NCBI GenBank assembly: GCA_963847705.1
Contig: CAWKBC010000030.1
Span: 256,001 to 320,000, forward strand
Origin: an uncultured Pseudomonadota bacterium
GTDB taxonomy: Bacteria > Myxococcota_A > Polyangia > Fen-1088
DNA: 64,000 nt
Direction: 5' to 3'
Under the pieces are notes generated by a model. It was not told where the DNA came from, ran no database searches, and was given only the letters and a program-made list of their open reading frames with translations. Positions 57,255 through 64,000 of this stretch are shown here, in pieces (the first letter of the stretch is position 1; each line of letters starts with the position of its first letter). The position numbers were made by a program, and so were the translations under genes.

Positions 57255-57959
57255 TTGAGACCCCGGACGATCATGACCACCGCAGCGGTCTTCGACACGC
57301 ACGATCTCGAGCGCGCGATACCGGTCGTTCACGTCCCGGCGCCGGGGCGCGAGCGCCAGATCCCGGCGGAGGTCCCACCGCAGGATCTGCTCGGGCCTTC
57401 GAAGGAGCTGCCCGGGACCCGCGCCGCTCGCGATGCCCGGCTGCGCGGCCTGGTCGATCTGCACATCGACTTCGTCGCCCGCGTGCTGCGGAATTCCGGG
57501 ACGCCCCACGCCGAGATCGACGACGAGGTGCAACGGACGTTCATCGTCGCTGCGCGCCGGCTGGATGACATCCGTCCGGGGGCCGAGAAGAGCTTCCTGT
57601 TCCGGATCGCCTTCAACCTGGCCGCACATGCCCGTCGGACGGCGGCGCGCCGGCGTGAGGTCTCCGCCGATCAAGCGCCCGAACAAGTTGAAAGAGTTGC
57701 CACGCCCGAGGCACTGACAGATCAGAAGCGGATGCGAGAGCTGCTCGACAGCGTGCTGGAGACGATGGAGGAGCCGCTGCGCGCCGCCTTCGTCCTGCAC
57801 GAGTTCGAGGAGATGAGCACGGCGGAGATCGCGGACGCTCTGGGGATCCCGCGGGGCACCGTCGCCTCGCGGCTGCGCCGGGCGCGCGCCGAATTTCGAG
57901 AGCGCGTGGCGGCCATCGGCGGCTTCGCCGGATACGTCAATCGGGAAGGTCAGGGGTGA
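57255..57959 (+). CDS. ECF RNA polymerase sigma factor
   Basis: DDEVQRTF, SFLFRIA and EIADALGIPRGTVASRLRRAR motifs. Confidence 0.92.
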   Translation: MRPRTIMTTAAVFDTHDLERAIPVVHVPAPGRERQIPAEVPPQDLLGPSKELPGTRAARDARLRGLVDLHIDFVARVLRNSGTPHAEIDDEVQRTFIVAARRLDDIRPGAEKSFLFRIAFNLAAHARRTAARRREVSADQAPEQVERVATPEALTDQKRMRELLDSVLETMEEPLRAAFVLHEFEEMSTAEIADALGIPRGTVASRLRRARAEFRERVAAIGGFAGYVNREGQG

Positions 57960-57963
57960 CGGG

Positions 57964-58695
57964 ATGTCGGAGATGAGGGAGCCGACGCGTCTGCGCGACG
58001 AGGGCGCCAGCGCTCTCGAACGCGCCCTCCTGGACGCGGGGAGGTCCTATCGCAGCAGCGGGACGGCCCGGGCCAAGACGCTGGCCGCGCTCGGCGTGGC
58101 CGGGTCGGCGACGCTGCTGGCGGGGACCGCGCAGGCTGTGCCGCTCGGCACGGTGGCCAAGGTGGCGGGCAAGCTGACCTGGGGCAAGCTGCTGGCGGCC
58201 ATCTCGATCGTCGGGGCGGCCGCCGCGGTTCCGGTCGGCTACTTTGCCTGGCAGCGCCACCATCCGGCGAACCATGCCGGGTCGGTGCCTGCCGTCATCG
58301 TGGCCAGGCCGATCGAGCCCGAGCCGCCGCAGGTGGCGCCGGCGCTGACCGGCCACGCGCTGGAAGCGCAGGGCATGGAAAACGGCCCGGCGGGCGCGGC
58401 AGGCGCTGCGCATCTGGCGCGACCGGCGGTGACGCTGGCGCACGAGCTGTCGTCGCTCGACGCCGCGCGTGGTTCGCTGGCGCGGGGCGACGCCACCGGC
58501 GCGCTGGCGCGGCTCGATGCCTACGGGCGCGCCTATCCCCACGGCCGGCTGGGGCTCGAGGCGGAGGTGCTGCGCATCGACGCCCTCGACCAGAGCGGAC
58601 GCAGCGACGCCGCGCGCGCGCGCGCCGAGGCGTTCCTTCAGCACCACCCGCACAGCGTGCTCGCGGCGCGCGTGCGCACGCGGCTCGGCGACTAG
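57964..58695 (+). CDS. Putative transmembrane anti-sigma factor with a C-terminal TPR
   Basis: Directly downstream of the sigma gene; TM segment; YGRAYPHGRL...FLQHHPHS TPR tail similar to 40331-41644. Confidence 0.7.
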   Translation: MSEMREPTRLRDEGASALERALLDAGRSYRSSGTARAKTLAALGVAGSATLLAGTAQAVPLGTVAKVAGKLTWGKLLAAISIVGAAAAVPVGYFAWQRHHPANHAGSVPAVIVARPIEPEPPQVAPALTGHALEAQGMENGPAGAAGAAHLARPAVTLAHELSSLDAARGSLARGDATGALARLDAYGRAYPHGRLGLEAEVLRIDALDQSGRSDAARARAEAFLQHHPHSVLAARVRTRLGD

Positions 58696-58761
58696 GCGAG
58701 GCGATGCTGGCGCGTGGACGCAGCCGGGCGACGCCCGGCGGAGTCCATCGCGGGAGGGCGC

Positions 58762-58782
58762 GGGGACCCTCCCAGGGTCCCC
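58762..58782. repeat. Hairpin GGGGACCCT-CCC-AGGGTCCCC directly before the GH8 start
   Basis: Perfect 9-bp stem. Confidence 0.65.
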
Positions 58783-58783
58783 G

Positions 58784-60040
58784 ATGTTGATGTCAGCCCG
58801 CTCGGTTCGGGGGCTCGCCTGCCTGGCGGCGCTGGCCGGCGCCGTGGGGGCCTGCGGCGCGACCACCGACTCGCTCGGGTACGACGACACCGAGAGCAAG
58901 ACGCTCTTGCCGCTCACGCCGCCGGCTTCGTACCCGAACCCGTTTCGCGATCTGCTCGGCCAGACCGACGCGGCGATCAGCGCCAAGCTCAACAACGCGT
59001 TCAACACCATCTTCCACGGATCGTCCGCCTACGCGATCTACGTCAATCCCGCCGGCACCGATCAGGCGTACATCATCGACACGTATCACGACGACGAGAT
59101 CCGCACCGAGGGGATCGGCCTGGGGATGATGATCTGCGTGGAGTTCAACAAGCAGGACGAATTCGACAAGCTCTGGACCTACGCCAAGGAGGTGGTGGAG
59201 ACCAAGAGCGGCCCCGACGCCGGCTATTTCCCCTCCTTCTGCGACGCCGCCGGGGGGACCGCCACCGGCTGCCTCGACCCCTACGGCTTCGAGCAGTTCG
59301 TCACCGCGCTCATCTTCGCCAACGATCGCTGGGGGAGCACGGGAACGATCGACTACGCGACCGACGCGCTGGCGCTGTTCCACACCCTGCGCCACAAGGA
59401 GGACGACAACGGCGGCGTCGTCGACGGCGTCACCAACATGTTCGACGCCAGCAGCAATCTCCCGCTCGACGTCCCCAACATCGCGGCGGCGGGGGTGACC
59501 CGTCCGTCGCTGATCATGCCGGGCTACTACGCGCTCTGGGCCGAGGCCGACGCGGATCCGCTCTGGACCGCGGCGGCAGAGCGCGGTCGATCGTTCTGGC
59601 AGAGCGACGCCAACGCCACCACCGGGTTCATGCCGGTGCGGGCCGACCTCGACGGGACGCCGCTGGCCGGCTGGGCCAGCTTCCTGTCCGAATGCTACCG
59701 CGCCCAGATCAACGTGGTGATCGACCAGATCTGGTCAGGTGCCGACCCCTGGAACGTCACGGAGAGCAACCAGCTGCTGGCGTTCTTCACCGGCCAGGGG
59801 ATCAACACCTACGGCCGGACGTTCAGCCTGGACGGGACGATGGTCCTCGACCCCAGCCACGATCCTGCGCTGGTCGCCGCCAACGGCATCGCGGCCCTGG
59901 CCTCGACCAACAGCGACCGCACCAGCTACGTGAACACAGTCTGGAACATGGACCCGCCGACGGGCGACGCCCGCTACTACTCCGGCCTTCTGCAGATGGT
60001 CGCCCTGTTGATCTTGAGCGGCCAGTTTCAGGTCTATTGA
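58784..60040 (+). CDS. GH8 (Rex/xylanase-like) lipoprotein with an altered active site
   Basis: YPNPF.DL, IRTEG, FDKLW, A.DRWG and RYYSG.L motifs; lipobox VGAC. Confidence 0.85.
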   Translation: MLMSARSVRGLACLAALAGAVGACGATTDSLGYDDTESKTLLPLTPPASYPNPFRDLLGQTDAAISAKLNNAFNTIFHGSSAYAIYVNPAGTDQAYIIDTYHDDEIRTEGIGLGMMICVEFNKQDEFDKLWTYAKEVVETKSGPDAGYFPSFCDAAGGTATGCLDPYGFEQFVTALIFANDRWGSTGTIDYATDALALFHTLRHKEDDNGGVVDGVTNMFDASSNLPLDVPNIAAAGVTRPSLIMPGYYALWAEADADPLWTAAAERGRSFWQSDANATTGFMPVRADLDGTPLAGWASFLSECYRAQINVVIDQIWSGADPWNVTESNQLLAFFTGQGINTYGRTFSLDGTMVLDPSHDPALVAANGIAALASTNSDRTSYVNTVWNMDPPTGDARYYSGLLQMVALLILSGQFQVY

Positions 60041-60041
60041 G

Positions 60042-60066
60042 TCAAGGACCCTGAAGGGTCCCTTGA
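60042..60066. repeat. REP-like hairpin TCAAGGACCCT-GA-AGGGTCCCTTGA between convergent genes
   Basis: 11-bp stem with a one-base bulge. Confidence 0.6.
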
Positions 60067-60127
60067 ATCCCCCCGCGGGCGAGCGTCGCGGGGCGAAGCC
60101 CATTCGCCGCTCACGCGACGCGAGCGC

Positions 60128-63100
60128 TCAGTCGGGGGCGATCCCCGGGGCCAGCATTCGGGCCAGCGAGCGCGGCGCCCTGGCGCCGCTGTCGCGCATC
60201 CAGGTCTCACTGGCCCCGGCCACGGCCGGGTCGCCGTCGCGCGCGCCGGCAGCCATCTGCGCCGCGGCCTTGAACAGCGCCAGCTCGTGCGCGCCGGTCT
60301 CGTCGATCGCGCGCCGGAGCCAGGCTGCTGTCTCGGCGTGATGGCCTTCGGACCGCTCGATGCCCGCAAAGAGGAGCGCCGCCATCGCGCCACCCCAGCC
60401 GGTGCCCCGGCGCAATTGATTCGCGCACCGCCGGGCCAGGAGAAGCCGCGCGGTGCGCTCGCTCCCCGTCGCGCAGAGGCCGCCGGCCAGCGCGGCGCGC
60501 CCGCGCAGGTGGACCGCCACGATCCGGGTGTGCTGCATCTGGAGCAGCAGCGAGCGGCGGAGCGCTGGCCATCCGGCGACGCAACGCTGGTAGGCCCTCT
60601 CGCCGTCGCCTTGATAGAGGTCGATCTGTGTCTCCGCGATCAGCTGGTACCAGTGCTGGATGTGATAGCCGTGCGCCGACCAGGCGGCCATCGCCTCGCG
60701 CGTCTCCTGCTGCGCGCGCGCCGGATCGTCGGCCAGCAGCCAGACGGTGTTGGCCAGGCCGATCCGCAAGGTCGTCGCGGCGTAGACCGAGCCGCGATCG
60801 TGCGCCTCCTTCAGACCCTCGGCCGCCTCGGCGCGGAACCGCTCCAGGGCGCCGAGGTAATAGAAACACTCGAGCGTGAAGTGCCGGACGGCGTTCAGCT
60901 CCCAGGCGGCGCCGACGCAGCGGTCGCGAAAGATCCGCTCCGCCGTGGCGAGGTGCTCGACCGCGGAGGCGAACCGTCCCCCGAGGTGCGCGGCCAGACC
61001 GCTCATCAGGGAAACGATGCCGGCGGCGTGCGGGTGATCGAGCTGGGCCGCGATGGCCGCCGCCTCGCCGAGGAGCTGCTGCGCCCGTGTTCGGTTCCCC
61101 TGCGCGGCGGCGTAGGCCGCCTCGCCGGCGATGCCGCGCGACACGCGGTAGGGCTCGCCGGCCGAGAGCGCCAGCCGCAAGCTGCGCGCCTGGAAGTGGG
61201 CGCCCTGCGCGGGATCCATCAGGGCCAGGCCCGAGGAGATCGACCAGCAGAGATCCGCGCGCGCCAGCTCGCGGGGGGCGATCTCCTCCGCGCTGCGGCG
61301 CCTGAACCGCCGGCCGCGCAAGAACAGCGCCGCCCGCTCGGCGATGAGCGCGCGCACCGGTGATTTGGCGAAGCTCATCCCGGCGTCCGCCAGCGCCTCG
61401 TCGGCCACCGTGCGCCCCTCGTCGAGGTGCCCGCTGCGGATGAGCTCCTCGGCCCCGCGCCGCCGCAGATCCATCGCCTGGGCCGGGCCGGCGCTGCGCG
61501 CGGCGGCCAGGTAGTTGGCGGCGGCCTCGGCGCCGCGTCCCACGTTGGAGAGCGCGTCGCCGAGACCGACCAGCATCTCGCGCCGCTGCTCGTCCGACCA
61601 GTTGCCGAGCGCCAGGGCGTCGGTGTAGCTGTCGATGGCCCGATCGAACGCCAGCGCCTCCGCCGCGCGCCGGGCCGCCGACGAGAAGTGCACGGCCGCG
61701 CGATCGGGGTGTCCGGCCTCGCGCCAGTGGCTGCCGGCGCGCAGCGAGTTGCTGGCATCCTCGAACGCCTCGGCCAGCTTCTCGTGCAGGTCGCGCGCGA
61801 CGGCGCTGGAGGTCGACTGGCGCGCCACCTGGCGGATGCGATCGTGCGAAAAATCGAGCAGCTCGTCGCCCCGCTCGGTCACCGAGTAGACGAGGCGCGC
61901 CGAGCGAAGCTCGTCGAAGAGCCGCACCGCCGTGGGGCCGTCGAGGTCGCACAGGCGCCGCAACATCCGCACCGGCGTGGGCGCGCCCGAGATCGCCAGC
62001 GTGCGCAGCACCCGCACCGTCGCCTCGGGGAACGACTCGAGCTGGGCGCGCAGCACGCTGTCGAGGGTCAGGTGGGCGCCGTTGCCGCGCCGCAGGTGCG
62101 CCGTGCGGGCCAGCTCCAGGAGAAACAGCGGGTGACCGGACGATTCGCGGGCCAGCACGTCGGCGCCGCGGTCGGGATCGCTGGCGCCGCCCGAAAGCAA
62201 GAGCTCGCGGGCCAGCCTCCGGGCGGCGTCCCCGTCCAGGTTGGAGAGCATCAGCTCCTCTTCGGGGACGTCGGCCGCCAGGAACCGCCCGGCGGGCTCT
62301 CCGGCGGCCTGCGTCCGCAGCGTCCCCAGCAAGAGGAGGCGCGGCGCGTCTGGCGGGCGCAGCACCTCCGACAGCAGCGCCACCGAGTCGGCGTCGGCCC
62401 ACTGCAGATCGTCGACGTAGGCGACGATGGTCGCCCGCTCCCCGAGCGCACGCAGAAGCTGACGAAAGACCACGAACATCGAGGCGCGGACCTCGCGCGG
62501 GTCGGGGCCCACGTGCTGGTGGGGCGCGTGGGCGATGAGCGGGACGCGCCCCAGGACCGGAAAGGCCTGCAGGAGGACCGCCGCCCGATCGGGGACGATG
62601 CGCCCGATCGTGTCGGGGTCGAGCTGCCGGAGAAGGCCGGTCAGGACGTCGACCAGGCCGTCGAGCGCCTTGAACGGCACCAGCTCCCGTTCGTAGCAGC
62701 GGGCGGTCAGGAGGATCGGCGGCGCATGCTCGTTCGTCTCCAGCCGGGTTTCGAGGAAGGCCCGCACCAGCGCCGATTTCCCCACGCCCGACTCGCCGCG
62801 CACGATGAGCACGCGCGCCCCCTCCCCCTGCCGGACGGCGTCGAGCGCCGCCTCCATCGCGGCGAGCTCGCTCTCGCGGCCGACGAAATGGACGGCGTCG
62901 TCGCGCGGGGCGGGGGGGGATCGACCGCGCGCCCGATCGGGGCCGGCGCCAGCGCCGCCAGCACCTCGGGCCCCGAGGCGCGCAGCTCGGGATCCGCCTC
63001 CAGCAGGCGATCGCACAGCGCCGCCAGATCGGCCGGGACGCCGGGCGCCAGCGCGGCGAGGCGGGGCGCCCGCCCGTGCTGCTTCCGGTAGAGGATCTCG

Positions 63101-63865
63101 TGCGGCAGCCCCTCGAACGGCAGCCGCCCCGAGAGCAGCTCGAACAGGATGACGCCGAAGGCATACCAGTCGGCGGCGCCGCTCACCGGCTGCATCGCCA
63201 CCTGCTCGGGCGCCATGTACTCGGGCGTCCCGGCGCCCGATTGCGTGGTCTCGATCGAGGCCGCGCTGACCAGCCCGAAGTCGAGCAGGACGGCGCGCCC
63301 CTCGGGCGTCACCAGCACGTTCGACGGTTTGACGTCGCGGTGGACGGCCCCGGCGGCGTGCAGCGCCGCCAGCGCGCGCGCCAGCTGCGCCAGCGCCGGC
63401 CGCAGCCGCTCCTCGCGGTAGTGGCCGCCGGGCGGGGCGCCGAGAGGGAGGCCGGACGAGGGATCGTACCGGCGAATCGCCTCGCCCGGCAGCACGATCG
63501 GCGTCGGGGCGTCGGAGGCCAGCAGCGGGGAGAGCGAGGTGCGGGCCGGTGGCTCGACCCCCCGCACGTAGCTCATCAGAATCGACCCCCTGCACCAGCT
63601 CCATGGTGAAGAACCACTGCGAGCCCTCGGAGACCAGCTCGCCGAGGCGCACCAGGTTGGGGTGGCGGACGTCGGCGACGGTCCGGAACTCGCGCTTGAA
63701 GCGCAGCAGCATGTCGGGGCTGACCACCGGCAAGAGCTTCAGCGCGACGGGGACGGCGTTGGTCTCGTCGAACGCCTCGTAGACGACCCCCATCCCGCCC
63801 CGGCCCAGGAAGCGAACGAGCCGGAAACGCGTGGTCCCTCGAAACGCGACAGCGCCCAGGTCCAT
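60128..63865 (-). CDS. Hanks-type Ser/Thr kinase + AAA ATPase + helical/TPR protein, with two compensating frameshifts
   Basis: GRGGMG, VALK and HPNLV in one frame; HRDVKPSN, DFG and GTPEYMAPE in the 62707-63576 frame; GESGVGKS, DDLQWAD and GHPLFL back in the first frame. Confidence 0.88.
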   Translation of the reverse strand: MDLGAVAFRGTTRFRLVRFLGRGGMGVVYEAFDETNAVPVALKLLPVVSPDMLLRFKREFRTVADVRHPNLVRLGELVSEGSQWFFTMELVQGVDSDELRAGGRATGPHLALPAAGLRRPDADRAAGRGDSPVRSLVRPPSRRPARRPLPRGAAAAGAGAAGARAGGAARRRGRPPRRQTVERAGDARGARRPARLRAGQRGLDRDHAIGRRDARVHGARAGGDAAGERRRRLVCLRRHPVRAALGAAAVRGAAARDPLPEAARAGAPPRRAGARRPGRSGGAVRSPAGGGSRAARLGARGAGGAGAGPDRARGRSPPAPRDDAVHFVGRESELAAMEAALDAVRQGEGARVLIVRGESGVGKSALVRAFLETRLETNEHAPPILLTARCYERELVPFKALDGLVDVLTGLLRQLDPDTIGRIVPDRAAVLLQAFPVLGRVPLIAHAPHQHVGPDPREVRASMFVVFRQLLRALGERATIVAYVDDLQWADADSVALLSEVLRPPDAPRLLLLGTLRTQAAGEPAGRFLAADVPEEELMLSNLDGDAARRLARELLLSGGASDPDRGADVLARESSGHPLFLLELARTAHLRRGNGAHLTLDSVLRAQLESFPEATVRVLRTLAISGAPTPVRMLRRLCDLDGPTAVRLFDELRSARLVYSVTERGDELLDFSHDRIRQVARQSTSSAVARDLHEKLAEAFEDASNSLRAGSHWREAGHPDRAAVHFSSAARRAAEALAFDRAIDSYTDALALGNWSDEQRREMLVGLGDALSNVGRGAEAAANYLAAARSAGPAQAMDLRRRGAEELIRSGHLDEGRTVADEALADAGMSFAKSPVRALIAERAALFLRGRRFRRRSAEEIAPRELARADLCWSISSGLALMDPAQGAHFQARSLRLALSAGEPYRVSRGIAGEAAYAAAQGNRTRAQQLLGEAAAIAAQLDHPHAAGIVSLMSGLAAHLGGRFASAVEHLATAERIFRDRCVGAAWELNAVRHFTLECFYYLGALERFRAEAAEGLKEAHDRGSVYAATTLRIGLANTVWLLADDPARAQQETREAMAAWSAHGYHIQHWYQLIAETQIDLYQGDGERAYQRCVAGWPALRRSLLLQMQHTRIVAVHLRGRAALAGGLCATGSERTARLLLARRCANQLRRGTGWGGAMAALLFAGIERSEGHHAETAAWLRRAIDETGAHELALFKAAAQMAAGARDGDPAVAGASETWMRDSGARAPRSLARMLAPGIAPD

Positions 63866-64000
63866 CGTCACCTTCCGGGCGCTTGCACGCTGCGTTTTTA
63901 TCGCGAAATACGTGCAGGCGTCCAGCCGGTGTACGCTGCCGACCCGCTGAGACGGCTGCGGAAACTATGAGGTCCGACGGACGTTCCCCTTCGGGAGGGT

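Noticed and set aside
63884-63916. TGCACG-N21-CGTGCA inverted repeat upstream of the kinase
   Set aside because: Only 6-bp arms and a single instance; not distinguishable from chance.

Overview
Very GC-rich bacterial DNA. The gene repertoire (Cys/Gly-rich lipoproteins, ECF/anti-sigma/TPR clusters, vWA lipoprotein, kinase-AAA-TPR) suggests Myxococcota, probably Polyangia-like; this is inference. Layout: (1) 1-10 kb surface-polysaccharide genes, including a GT4 fused to a nucleotidyltransferase fold. (2) 11-19.4 kb an atypical four-gene sigma-54 phosphorelay divergent from a sigma-54-promoter SPFH operon. (3) 19.4-38 kb metabolic genes, including an aminohopanoid cluster (hpnO-hpnG-hpnH, shc, single-subunit squalene synthase), a GH63-like and a GH13 enzyme, a TonB-C/HEAT protein and a His-less PtsP-like protein. 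(4) 38-60 kb a pectin/xylan utilisation region with no SusCD or TonB-dependent receptor, bracketed by two ECF sigma/anti-sigma/beta-barrel modules, each next to a CAZyme-fold lipoprotein with substituted catalytic residues. Seven copies of a TGAGCC-N16-(G/A)ACAC(T/C)-like ECF promoter, found by eye, mark a candidate regulon. (5) 60-64 kb a Ser/Thr kinase-AAA-TPR gene. Several single-base indels look like assembly errors. No rRNA, tRNA, CRISPR array or transposase was recognised. All family calls come from motif recognition, not database searches.
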